Shown one piece after another: positions 37,018 through 46,443 of a DNA stretch of 64,000 nucleotides. The stretch's first letter is position 1, and each line of letters starts with the position of its first letter. The notes beneath the pieces are model-generated. The model made no database searches. It was not told the DNA's origin and was given only the letters and a program-made list of their open reading frames with translations. The DNA is from an uncultured Staphylococcaceae bacterium (GTDB lineage: Bacteria > Bacillota_I > Bacilli_A > ML615J-28 > CAG-313). Location: the NCBI GenBank assembly GCA_964507405.1, contig CAZDPJ010000005.1, positions 2,306 through 66,305 of the forward strand, written 5' to 3'. A program made the translations under genes and the position numbers.

Positions 37018-38362
37018 AGAAATTAAATATATTAGTGTTACCGCTCTTAATCGATATATTTCTTATAAATTTGAAATGGATATGAATTTAAAAGAAGTAT
37101 ATCTTAAGGGAGAAATTTCTAATTTTAAATATTCAGGAAGACATTGCTATTTTTCTTTGAAAGATCAAACTTCGGAGATTAGTGCAATGTTCTTTTATCC
37201 CGATAATTTATCACTTAAGTTTGTGCCCAAAGATGGAATGAGTGTACAAGTTGTTGGTCAAATTCAGGTTTATCAAAAAAAGGGTACTTATGCTATTATT
37301 GTAAAAAAAATAGAACAAGAAGGAATTGGTATTTTATATCAACAATATTTAGATTTAAAAGATAAACTTGCGGGAGAAGGTTTATTTGATGAGTCTAGAA
37401 AACTAAGAATTCCTGAATATCCAGAACATGTTGCGGTGATAACAGCATCGACAGGAGAAGCAATTCATGATATTATTTCAACATTTAATCGTCGTTTAGC
37501 ACTTCCTGAAATTAGACTTTATCCTGCCTTAGTTCAAGGAGTAGATGCACCAAAAGATTTAATTCGTGCTTTAAATGAAGTATATAAAGATAATTGGGCC
37601 GATGTTATTATAATTGGCCGCGGTGGTGGTAGCTTTGAAGATTTATCTTGCTTTAATGATGAATCTTTAGCAAGACTTTTAGCAGAATCTAAAATTCCAA
37701 CGGTTTCAGCTGTCGGGCATGAGGGCGATTATACAATATGTGATTTCGTTGCTTCGTTTAGAGCTCCAACTCCAACAGGTGCCGCAATGCGTTTATCAAA
37801 AGATAAAATGGAAGTCTTGAATTTAGTATATGATAAGATGGCAAGAATTTCCTCCGCTACTAAACATAAATTAATAACTTCTTATAATCAGTATGATAGT
37901 TTATTGAATTCGTATCCAATAAAAAGATTTGATGAATTAGTTGATAAAATAGCTACTAAGTATTATATTTTAGATGAAAAGATTAATTTATTTAGTCCTA
38001 CTCGGCTTTTATCTAATTGGCAAGATTCAATTATTAATTTAGATAATAGATTACAATTTTGTTTTAATAACCAATTATTAATAAAAGAAAAGACTTTTGA
38101 TATTTATTCTAATAAGTTGACTCCTAGTTTATTGCTTAAAAATATAAATAATTTGGAAAATACTTTAGATAAATTAATTGATAAAAGTACTTTATTAAAT
38201 CCTTTTAATGTAATGAAAAAAGGATATTCAATTATTGAACAAAACGGAGCGATAAAAAAATCAATTAAAGACTTAAATGATAGTGAATCTTTAGTTGTTA
38301 AAATGCATGATGGTAAAGTATTAACAAATATTATTAAAATAATAGATGAGAAAGGAAACTAA
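37010..38362 (+). CDS. xseA: exodeoxyribonuclease VII large subunit
   Basis: N-terminal OB-fold block VTALNRYI..VYLKGEISNFK and the GRGGGSFEDL motif. The start may be 36995 or 37010; 37010 was chosen (ATGAATAA overlap with the nusB stop). Confidence 0.9.
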   Translation: MNKEIKYISVTALNRYISYKFEMDMNLKEVYLKGEISNFKYSGRHCYFSLKDQTSEISAMFFYPDNLSLKFVPKDGMSVQVVGQIQVYQKKGTYAIIVKKIEQEGIGILYQQYLDLKDKLAGEGLFDESRKLRIPEYPEHVAVITASTGEAIHDIISTFNRRLALPEIRLYPALVQGVDAPKDLIRALNEVYKDNWADVIIIGRGGGSFEDLSCFNDESLARLLAESKIPTVSAVGHEGDYTICDFVASFRAPTPTGAAMRLSKDKMEVLNLVYDKMARISSATKHKLITSYNQYDSLLNSYPIKRFDELVDKIATKYYILDEKINLFSPTRLLSNWQDSIINLDNRLQFCFNNQLLIKEKTFDIYSNKLTPSLLLKNINNLENTLDKLIDKSTLLNPFNVMKKGYSIIEQNGAIKKSIKDLNDSESLVVKMHDGKVLTNIIKIIDEKGN

Positions 38363-38365
38363 AAA

Positions 38366-38569
38366 ATGGAAAATAAAACATTTGAACAGTTATTAAAAGA
38401 ATTACAAGATGTAGTTAATAGCCTTGAAAGTGGTAAACTTTCTTTAGAAGAATCAGTAGAAGCATATAAAAAAGGAATGACTTTAAGTCTTGAATGTAAA
38501 AAAAGATTAGAAGAGGCTAAAAGTGTTGTTGTAAATAAATCAGTGGATGGGAATTTAGAAAAATTCTAA
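38366..38569 (+). CDS. xseB: exodeoxyribonuclease VII small subunit
   Basis: 67 aa, FEQLLKELQDVVNSLESGKLSLEESV is typical of XseB. Confidence 0.9.
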   Translation: MENKTFEQLLKELQDVVNSLESGKLSLEESVEAYKKGMTLSLECKKRLEEAKSVVVNKSVDGNLEKF

Positions 38570-38622
38570 GAAAAATAATATATTTTATTTTTTCATCCGT
38601 ATAATTATAATAGAGGTGCCTT

Positions 38623-40419
38623 ATGCTTTATTCTATTGAAAAATTAAAAAAGATGAATATTAAAGAATTAGAAAATTTAGCTAGTGATATTCGTAAAACA
38701 TTGATTGATAATATAAGCCAAACTGGTGGTCATTTATCATCAAATCTTGGAGTAGTTGAACTTACTATTGCTCTCCATTATGTTTTTGATAGCCCTCGTG
38801 ATTTAATTTTCTTTGATGTTTCTCACCAAACTTATGTTCATAAATTATTAACCGGAAGAGCCGATCAATTTAGTTCATTACGAAAATACAATGGATTAAG
38901 TGGATTTGCTTCAAAAAAAGAAAGTATTCATGATGTGTTTGAAGCAGGTCATAGTTCAACATCGCTTTCTACTGCTCTTGGTTTTTTAAATGTTAAAGAA
39001 AATAAACCTGATTTATTTAATGAGGCAGTAGTGGTTATTGGTGATGCATCAATTGTGAATGGGGTATCAATGGAAGCTTTAAATTATTTAGGTTCAAAAC
39101 AAAATCAAAAATTAATAATAATTCTTAATGATAATGAAATGGGTGTTTCGAAAAGTGTTGGTGGATTAGCTAAAACATTTAATAAAATTAGATTAAAAGG
39201 TCGTTTTAAACTATTAAGAAAACTTGCACCTAAGTCAATTAAACGAATGATGAAGACAGTAGCTTATAAAAATAATTTTTTAAGTGGTCTTGGAATTAAA
39301 TATTTAGGTATTATTGATGGCCATAATATTAAAGAATTAATTGATTATCTCGAATATGCGAAAAAATCGTCTAGTTCTGTTATATTACATATTAAAACTA
39401 CGAAAGGAAAAGGTTATAAATTTTCCGAAGAAGATAAAACTGGAATTTGGCATAGTACTCCTCCATTTGATATAGAAAGTGGGACTCTTCTTAATAAATC
39501 AGATCCTAAAAAAATATTTGGTAGTGAGATTGCTGATTTTTTATATAAATATAATGATGAACATCCTAATGAAATTAAAGTAATAACTCCTGGTATGGCA
39601 TATGGAAGTGGACTTGAAATATTTCAATCAACAAATAATAATTGTTTTATTGATGTTGGTATTGGTGAAGAAAATGCTATTTTAATGGCTAATGGGATAG
39701 CTGATGCGGGGATGATTCCAATTACATTTATTTATTCCACCTTTTTACAACGTTCATATGATGAATTAATCCATGATTTAGCAAGAAATAATGCTCATGC
39801 GATAATATGTGTTGATCGAGCTGGAATTGTGGATGGTGATGGCCCTACGCATCAAGGTATTTATGATATAGCTTATCTTAGTACAATCCCTAATATTAAG
39901 ATTTTGATGCCTCGTGATATCAATGAAGGAGTTCAAATGATTAAATATGCTTTAGAAAATCCTTCTTTATATGTAATTAGATATCCAAAAGAAGCTTTAA
40001 GTTTTACCAATAATTCTGTTTTCTCATATGGTAAATGGCAAATTATAAAAAATGGTGTTAATAAATATATTATTTCATATGGACCTAATTTAGATATTTT
40101 ATATAATAATTTAGATTCTAGTCATATTGGATTAATTAATGCCTCAACAATAAATCCTTTTGATAAAGAGTTAATTAAAGATTTATTATTAAAAAATAAA
40201 AAGTTATATTTTTATGAAGAAGTAGTTCAAAATAATTCACTTTATTCACAAGTATTAAACTATGTTAATGATTTATATTTAAATAAGGTAATTCCATCTT
40301 ATTATATAAAATCAAAAGCTTTACCAAATGGATATTTACCTCAAGGTTCAAAAAATGAGTTATTAGATTTATATAATTTAAATATTAAAAATTTTATTAA
40401 AGAAGTAGAGGGTGATTAA
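38623..40419 (+). CDS. dxs: 1-deoxy-D-xylulose-5-phosphate synthase
   Basis: GGHLSSNLGVVELTIALHYVF, GDASIVNG (TPP motif), DGPTHQG. Confidence 0.9.
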   Translation: MLYSIEKLKKMNIKELENLASDIRKTLIDNISQTGGHLSSNLGVVELTIALHYVFDSPRDLIFFDVSHQTYVHKLLTGRADQFSSLRKYNGLSGFASKKESIHDVFEAGHSSTSLSTALGFLNVKENKPDLFNEAVVVIGDASIVNGVSMEALNYLGSKQNQKLIIILNDNEMGVSKSVGGLAKTFNKIRLKGRFKLLRKLAPKSIKRMMKTVAYKNNFLSGLGIKYLGIIDGHNIKELIDYLEYAKKSSSSVILHIKTTKGKGYKFSEEDKTGIWHSTPPFDIESGTLLNKSDPKKIFGSEIADFLYKYNDEHPNEIKVITPGMAYGSGLEIFQSTNNNCFIDVGIGEENAILMANGIADAGMIPITFIYSTFLQRSYDELIHDLARNNAHAIICVDRAGIVDGDGPTHQGIYDIAYLSTIPNIKILMPRDINEGVQMIKYALENPSLYVIRYPKEALSFTNNSVFSYGKWQIIKNGVNKYIISYGPNLDILYNNLDSSHIGLINASTINPFDKELIKDLLLKNKKLYFYEEVVQNNSLYSQVLNYVNDLYLNKVIPSYYIKSKALPNGYLPQGSKNELLDLYNLNIKNFIKEVEGD

Positions 40420-40420
40420 A

Positions 40421-42100
40421 ATGCTTTCTCAATTAATTGTACAAAATTTCGCAATTATAGATAATTTATGCGTGGATTTTAAAAAAGGGTTTACTGTTTT
40501 AACTGGTGAAACTGGTGCTGGTAAATCATTAATTATTGATGCGATTGGTTTACTTTTAGGTAACAGATCATCTACTATGATGATAAGAAATGGTGAAACA
40601 AAAGCAAAAGTAGAAGGTATATTCGAAAATGTAAGTAGTTCTACTAAAGAAATCTTAAATAATTTAGAAATTGAGTTACTTGATGGTGATGTGGTAGTAA
40701 TTAAAAGAGAATTATCTGTTACTGGTAAAAATTTAATTAGAGTAAATGGTGAAATTGTTACCTTAAACCAACTTGAATTAATTGCTTCGACCCTTGGCGA
40801 TGTTCATGCGCAAGGGGAAACTCATAAATTATTTACCGAACATAATTATTTGTCTTTTATTGATAATGATGAAGTAAGTAAGTTAATTGATAATTATTTA
40901 GTTTTAAAAAAGAAATATTTAAATACCTATAATGATTATAAAAAGGTCTTAGAATTATCAAAAACTGATAAAACTAATCTAGAGTTTTGGCTTTATCAAT
41001 ATAATGAACTTGAAAAGGCTAATTTATCTATTAATGAAGAAAATAATCTTGAATCTGAACTTGTTATTTTAAATAATTTTGAAAATATTTATAATAGTTT
41101 ATCAAGTATAAAAAAAGAAATAAATGATAATAATATCTTAAATAGTTTTTATGAAATAATTAGCAATTTAGATAAATTAAAAAAAGTACAAACTGAATTT
41201 GAAAATGATTATGAACATTTCAATGATTATTATTATGAAATAGAAGATTTTGTTAATAAAATAAGTAATAAACTTAGAAACTTAGATTTTGATGAATCAA
41301 GATTAAATGAAATTAATGAACGATTAAGTTATCTTAATTCATTAAAACATAAATATAATCGTTCAATTATTGAACTAATTAGTTTTAAACAAGAATTAAA
41401 AGAAAAAATTGAAAACTTCGAACAAATTGATGATAAAATACTTGAATTAAAAAACCAATTAGAATTAGATTATAATGAACTTAAAACTTCAGCATTAGAA
41501 ATTACGAAACTTAGAAAAGACCTTGCTAAAAAGTTAGAGAATAATGTATTGGATACATTAAAAGATTTAATGTTAAATAAAGTTATTTTAAAAATAAAAT
41601 TTAATGACTATACATTAGATGATGCTTTGAATTATCAAGTATTTAAAAAAAATGGATGTGATGAAGTTGATTTCTTAATTTCATTTAATGTTGGTGAAAC
41701 CCTTAAACCTTTATCAAAAGTTGCATCTGGTGGTGAAATGTCAAGGGTGATGCTTGCTTTAAAAGTACATGTTTTACAAAAACTAGAACTTTCAACAATA
41801 ATCTTTGATGAAATTGATAGTGGGGTAAGCGGTAGTGTTGCTGAAAAAGTTGGCGAAAAATTAAAAAATATTAGTAAATATTCCCAAGTTTTAGCTATTA
41901 CCCATTTACCAATAGTTGCAAGTTTTGCTGATAATCATATTTTTATTTATAAAGAATTTACTGAAAATGCAACTTCAACAAGGATTAAAGAATTATCAGT
42001 TGATGAAAGAATTGAAATGATTGCGGAAATGATTTCTCCAAATGATGCTACTTCTAAAAGTAAAGATTTAGCAAAATTAATGTTATCAAATAATAAATAA
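40421..42100 (+). CDS. recN: DNA repair protein RecN
   Basis: MLSQLIVQNFAII, Walker A GETGAGKS, SGGE signature, FDEIDSG. ORF-track GTG at 40412 was replaced by the ATG at 40421, which follows RBS gagggtga. Confidence 0.9.
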   Translation: MLSQLIVQNFAIIDNLCVDFKKGFTVLTGETGAGKSLIIDAIGLLLGNRSSTMMIRNGETKAKVEGIFENVSSSTKEILNNLEIELLDGDVVVIKRELSVTGKNLIRVNGEIVTLNQLELIASTLGDVHAQGETHKLFTEHNYLSFIDNDEVSKLIDNYLVLKKKYLNTYNDYKKVLELSKTDKTNLEFWLYQYNELEKANLSINEENNLESELVILNNFENIYNSLSSIKKEINDNNILNSFYEIISNLDKLKKVQTEFENDYEHFNDYYYEIEDFVNKISNKLRNLDFDESRLNEINERLSYLNSLKHKYNRSIIELISFKQELKEKIENFEQIDDKILELKNQLELDYNELKTSALEITKLRKDLAKKLENNVLDTLKDLMLNKVILKIKFNDYTLDDALNYQVFKKNGCDEVDFLISFNVGETLKPLSKVASGGEMSRVMLALKVHVLQKLELSTIIFDEIDSGVSGSVAEKVGEKLKNISKYSQVLAITHLPIVASFADNHIFIYKEFTENATSTRIKELSVDERIEMIAEMISPNDATSKSKDLAKLMLSNNK

Positions 42101-42183
42101 GAAAAAAAGTGGCAGATAAATTAACAATTATCGTCACTTTTTATTCGTATATTTAGGGAAATAATATAATGAAAGGAGGAATT

Positions 42184-43197
42184 ATGAAAAAAACATTTAA
42201 AATATTTAAAACTATGTTTTTCTTTTTATTATTGTTTTCTGTATTTTTAACTGTTAATTTAGAAACTTTTGCTGAAAATAATAAACAAGTTATATTAGGT
42301 GGAAATACTATTGGTTTAAAAATAGATACAGGAGTATATGTATGTGGAAAGTATCAAGTTACAACGGATAATAAAAAAGTATCACCTTGGAAAAGTAGTG
42401 ATATAACTTGTGGAGATAAAATAATTGCTTATAATAATATTGATATTAGTTCTAATAGTGATTTATTAAATATACTAAAAAATGATAATAATGAGAGTGC
42501 AACACTTACACTTGAGAGAAATAATCATATTTTTAATACTAGCATTGATATTGTAAAAACTAACAATGAATCAAAATCCCTTGGTTTATATATTAAGGAT
42601 AAGATGATAGGTATTGGTACATTAACTTTTATTGATCCTATAACTAATAAATATGCATCACTAGGTCACGGAATCTATGAAAATAATAAGATTATTGATA
42701 CCAAAAGTGGTGATATAAGAACTTCATCGATAGAAGGAATAAAAAAGTCGGTTCCAGGAATGGCTGGTGAAAAAAGAGCATCAATTGGTAGTACTATTTA
42801 TGGAACTGTTTCCGCGAATAAAGTAACTGGTATATATGGTAAAATGACAAATAATAAATATTTAAGTAATGAAAAAATTCAAATAGCATCACAATCTGAA
42901 GTAAAAATTGGTAATGCTTTAATTTATACCGTTGTAGATAAAGAAAAAGTAGAATCATTTGATATTAAGATTACTAGTATTGCTCTACAATCATCAAGTA
43001 ATATCAAAGGATTAAAGTTTGAAGTAATAGATGATAAATTACTTAATTTAACTGGTGGTATTGTTCAAGGAATGAGTGGAAGTCCAATTGTTCAAAATGG
43101 AAAATTAATTGGTGCCGTTTCTCATGTTTGTGTAGATAAACCTAATATTGGGTATGGAATTCATATAGAATGGATGTTAGATGATTTAACAGACTAA
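42184..43197 (+). CDS. spoIVB: SpoIVB peptidase (S55)
   Basis: Signal/TM segment, PDZ-like region, catalytic block GGIVQGMSGSPIV. The start was moved to the ATG at 42184 because the RBS aaaggagga lies inside the 42169 ORF start. Confidence 0.85.
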   Translation: MKKTFKIFKTMFFFLLLFSVFLTVNLETFAENNKQVILGGNTIGLKIDTGVYVCGKYQVTTDNKKVSPWKSSDITCGDKIIAYNNIDISSNSDLLNILKNDNNESATLTLERNNHIFNTSIDIVKTNNESKSLGLYIKDKMIGIGTLTFIDPITNKYASLGHGIYENNKIIDTKSGDIRTSSIEGIKKSVPGMAGEKRASIGSTIYGTVSANKVTGIYGKMTNNKYLSNEKIQIASQSEVKIGNALIYTVVDKEKVESFDIKITSIALQSSSNIKGLKFEVIDDKLLNLTGGIVQGMSGSPIVQNGKLIGAVSHVCVDKPNIGYGIHIEWMLDDLTD

Positions 43198-43211
43198 TTT
43201 CCCTTAGATAT

Positions 43212-43229
43212 GACAAAATTCGACAAAAT
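43212..43229 (-). promoter_or_regulatory. tandem 0A-box-like sites upstream of spo0A
   Basis: GACAAAAT is directly repeated with 10-bp periodicity. On the minus strand this reads one perfect TGTCGAA (43219-43225) followed by TGTCATA. Confidence 0.4.
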
Positions 43230-43314
43230 GAAGTATAAAACATCGTTTTTTAGCATAATTTAACTATTATTTATTCATTTTTAACATAATTTGTATCTTT
43301 TTTTTGCGAATAAA

Positions 43315-43343
43315 TTGCATCATTAAACAAAATTTGGTAAAAT
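43315..43343 (+). promoter_or_regulatory. sigma-A-type promoter of spo0A
   Basis: TTGCAT - 17 nt - (TGg)TAAAAT, 25 nt upstream of the ATG region with RBS aaggggga. Confidence 0.5.
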
Positions 43344-43367
43344 ATTAGTGCAAGGGGGATATTTATT

Positions 43368-44153
43368 ATGCAGAAATTTAAAATTTTAATTGCTGAAAAT
43401 TCAGCAGACAAGGATTCAAACTTAACTAATTATTTTAAGAAGGTAACAGATGTTAACATTGTGGGGACATGTTCAACAGCAGAAAATTTATTTAATGTAT
43501 TGAAAGTAACTGATGTCGATGTTTTATTAATTGATTTATTTATACCTAATTTTGATGGTGTAAAATTTTTAGAAGAATTACAAGATCGTGAAGCTGAATT
43601 TAACTTACCAAAGCGTACAATTGTTGTTACACAATTTGTAAGTGGATTTATTAATGCGAAGTTAAATAATTTGGGTGTAGATTATATGGTAATGAAACCA
43701 ATTAATTTTGAAAATTTATATAACTTGATGATTGGAATGCTTAGAGAACCTTATAAAATACAAGATGATGATTTTGACCCAGATTTAGATAGCGAAATTA
43801 CTGATATCTTACATGAAGTTGGAGTTCCAGCACATATTAAAGGATACTTATATCTTCGAGAAGCAATTATGCTTTGTTATAAAAATGTTGATATGTTAGG
43901 AGCAATAACTAAATGTTTATATCCTGAAGTGGCTCATCATTTTTGTACAACATCTTCAAGAGTCGAAAGAGCAATTAGACATGCAATTGAAATTGCTTGG
44001 GTTAGAGGTAATGTAGATACTATTAGTGATATTTTTAGTTATACGATAAGCTATAATAAATCAAAACCTACTAATTCTGAGTTTATTGCAATGATTTCTG
44101 ATCGTTTACGTATTGAACATCGTAAACAAAAGAAAATGCGATATATTGCATAA
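43368..44153 (+). CDS. spo0A: sporulation master regulator Spo0A
   Basis: Receiver domain with D56, T and K conserved. The C-terminal effector is near-identical in blocks to B. subtilis ([40 protein letters not shown]). Confidence 0.95.
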   Translation: MQKFKILIAENSADKDSNLTNYFKKVTDVNIVGTCSTAENLFNVLKVTDVDVLLIDLFIPNFDGVKFLEELQDREAEFNLPKRTIVVTQFVSGFINAKLNNLGVDYMVMKPINFENLYNLMIGMLREPYKIQDDDFDPDLDSEITDILHEVGVPAHIKGYLYLREAIMLCYKNVDMLGAITKCLYPEVAHHFCTTSSRVERAIRHAIEIAWVRGNVDTISDIFSYTISYNKSKPTNSEFIAMISDRLRIEHRKQKKMRYIA

Positions 44154-44158
44154 AAAAG

Positions 44159-44186
44159 AGGTACATCGTAAGATGTACCCTTATTT
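44159..44186. terminator. bidirectional intrinsic terminator
   Basis: 9-bp stem gggtacatc/gatgtaccc with loop gtaa and flanking A/T runs. Confidence 0.75.
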
Positions 44187-44199
44187 ACATAAAATTAGA

Positions 44200-44415
44200 T
44201 TATTGAGCAGCTTGTACTAAAACGATAACTAAACTAGCAATAATACTAATTATCATAGCAAAAGCTAGGAAAGCAATAACAATTTTACCTAATAAAGTTT
44301 TAGAAGGTGCTTTTGTAATGATTACTTCATTTTTTCCATCTGCTGTTTCTTTAACAATAATTGTTTTTTGTTTCTTTTCTTTTGGTTGCTTTTTATTATT
44401 CTTTTTATTACTCAT
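44200..44415 (-). CDS. small Lys-rich tail-anchored membrane protein
   Basis: 71 aa with a basic N-terminus (KKNNKKQPKEKKQK) and a single C-terminal TM helix. RBS gaggag upstream. Confidence 0.45.
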   Translation of the reverse strand: MSNKKNNKKQPKEKKQKTIIVKETADGKNEVIITKAPSKTLLGKIVIAFLAFAMIISIIASLVIVLVQAAQ

Positions 44416-44489
44416 AGGTTTCTCCTCATAATTAATATATTATTTTACTATATTATATCATAATTTTTAAAAAAAAGGGTGGTGATAGC

Positions 44490-45731
44490 ATTAAAAAAAA
44501 TAGAATTATTTTTCATATTGACATGAATTGCTTTTTTGCAAGTTGTGAAATTGCTGAAAATCCTGAATTAGAAGGTAAAATTTTTGCAGTTGGTCATAAC
44601 GGAAACGATCGTAAAGGTATCATTTTAGCATCAACTTATGAAGCAAGAAAATTTGGAATTCACGCTGCAATGCCTGTAGCAGAAGCACTTCGTAGATGTC
44701 CTAATTTAATACTAGTTGAACCTAGAATGAATATTTATAGTGATTATTCAAGAAGATTTTTCGATTATTTTTTATCGATTACACCACTTGTTGAACCTGG
44801 TAGTATTGATGAGGCATATCTTGATGTTACTGATGTATGTGCTCCATCTTTAATTGTTGATTTAGCTAAAAATATTCAAAATGATTTATTAGAAATGTTT
44901 AATTTACCATGTAGTATTGGAATTGCTCCAAACAAGTTTTTAGCAAAAATGGCTTCTGATATGAAAAAACCACTAGGAATTACAGTTTTAAGAAAAAGAG
45001 AAATTGATAAATTGCTTTGGGTACTTCCAATTAGCGATATGTTTGGGGTTGGCAAGAAGAGCTTAGATAGTTTTAAGGCATTAGGCATTAATACAATTGG
45101 TGATTTAGCAACTTATAAAGATTTAAAGTTATTATCTGATGTACTTGGAAAAAACAATGCTGAAAACTTATATGCCCATGCTAATGGAGAAGGTAGTAAT
45201 GAAATTGATGTCACTAGATTTAATGAAGTTAGTTCGATTAGTCTTTCTCAAACTTTAGATAATGATGAATATGATGTTTCTAAAATGAAATTGATTTTAA
45301 AAATATTATCTAATGCATTATCAACAAGACTTGAAAAAGCAAATATTTCAGCATCAACTTTTGCAATTCAAATTAAATATTTTAATTTTAAACAAACATC
45401 AAAAAGTAAAACCTTTAAAGAACCGATAAAAGAAGCGAGTAAAATATCAGAAATTATATTAGATTTGTTTGAAGATTTATATGAAACCGATATTCCAGTA
45501 CGTTTATTTGGTGTAGGAGCAAGTAAATTTGTTGAATCAAAAAATGAAATTAAACAATTATCGCTTTTTGATAAATTAGATGAGGAAGAAAAAGAATATA
45601 GTGTAAATAACTTGTTAAAAGAAATTAATAAATCAATCGGATTTGAAATTATTAAAAAAGGAGTAAAAATAGATAGTACAAATCTTAATAATGATGATAA
45701 AAATTGGCGCAATAAAATAAATAATATTTAA
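44490..45731 (+). CDS. dinB: DNA polymerase IV (Y-family), start codon non-canonical/uncertain
   Basis: IIFHIDMNCFFASCE, SIDEAYLDV and other DinB blocks. The conserved N-terminus and first catalytic Asp codon (44520-22) lie upstream of the ORF-track ATG (44523). ATT at 44490 follows RBS aagggtggtga. Confidence 0.8.
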   Translation: MKKNRIIFHIDMNCFFASCEIAENPELEGKIFAVGHNGNDRKGIILASTYEARKFGIHAAMPVAEALRRCPNLILVEPRMNIYSDYSRRFFDYFLSITPLVEPGSIDEAYLDVTDVCAPSLIVDLAKNIQNDLLEMFNLPCSIGIAPNKFLAKMASDMKKPLGITVLRKREIDKLLWVLPISDMFGVGKKSLDSFKALGINTIGDLATYKDLKLLSDVLGKNNAENLYAHANGEGSNEIDVTRFNEVSSISLSQTLDNDEYDVSKMKLILKILSNALSTRLEKANISASTFAIQIKYFNFKQTSKSKTFKEPIKEASKISEIILDLFEDLYETDIPVRLFGVGASKFVESKNEIKQLSLFDKLDEEEKEYSVNNLLKEINKSIGFEIIKKGVKIDSTNLNNDDKNWRNKINNI

Positions 45732-45737
45732 GTTAAT

Positions 45738-45776
45738 AAGAATTAATATTTTACTATAATATTAGTTCTTTTTTCT
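45738..45776 (+). terminator. intrinsic terminator
   Basis: 13-bp stem aagaattaatatt/aatattagttctt followed by a T-run. Confidence 0.65.
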
Positions 45777-45793
45777 TTAATAATGTAATTATT

Positions 45794-45821
45794 TTGACAA
45801 ATAAATAAAAATAACTATAAT
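45794..45821 (+). promoter_or_regulatory. sigma-A promoter of the regulator-pot operon
   Basis: TTGACA - 16 nt - TATAAT. Confidence 0.6.
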
Positions 45822-45897
45822 AATATAGTATACATTTACTAAACTTTTAGTTTACATTTATTTATATTGTAAATAAAACAAATAAGGTGGTGAATTT

Positions 45898-46428
45898 ATG
45901 AGTATTGGAAGTAAACTCAAAGCGTTAAGGACTTATTGTGGACTTACTCAAGAAGAACTGGCAGATAGATGTGAATTAACTAAAGGTTACATTTCACAAT
46001 TAGAAAATGATTTAACTAGTCCATCTATAAGTACTTTAACTGATATTTTAACAATTCTAGGAAGTAATTTAAAGAATTTCTTTAGTGATGAAGATGAAAA
46101 AATAAAATATTCAGTTGATGATTATTTTGTTAAAAAGACGGAGGAATATAAAATAACATGGTTAATTCCAAATAGTCAGAAAAATGAAATGGAACCAATT
46201 TTATTTGAACTTGAACCAAATGCATGTAGTGATACAGATATGCCTCATGAAGGTCAAGAATTTGGTTATATTGTCAAAGGTGAAGTAATGGTTGTTTATG
46301 GTAATTGTAAGGAAAAATTAAAAGCAGGTGAAAGCTTTTATTTTACTACAGATAAAAATCATTATATAAAGAATATGACAAATGAAAAAGCAACAATAAT
46401 TTGGGTTAGTAGCCCACCTAATTTTTAA
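45898..46428 (+). CDS. XRE-family HTH regulator with C-terminal cupin domain (PuuR-like)
   Basis: HTH block LRTYCGLTQEELADRCELTKGYISQLEN. Cupin block GQEFGYIVKGEV..GESFYF. It lies directly upstream of potABCD. Confidence 0.85.
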   Translation: MSIGSKLKALRTYCGLTQEELADRCELTKGYISQLENDLTSPSISTLTDILTILGSNLKNFFSDEDEKIKYSVDDYFVKKTEEYKITWLIPNSQKNEMEPILFELEPNACSDTDMPHEGQEFGYIVKGEVMVVYGNCKEKLKAGESFYFTTDKNHYIKNMTNEKATIIWVSSPPNF

Positions 46429-46443
46429 AATATGAGGTAGAAT

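Noticed and set aside
42101-42168. Sigma-F/G-type forespore promoter or terminator between recN and spoIVB
   Set aside because: Candidate motifs (gtata..gggaaataata) have the wrong spacing. The hairpin aaaagtg..cactttt has a 24-nt loop and a mismatch, which is too weak to call.
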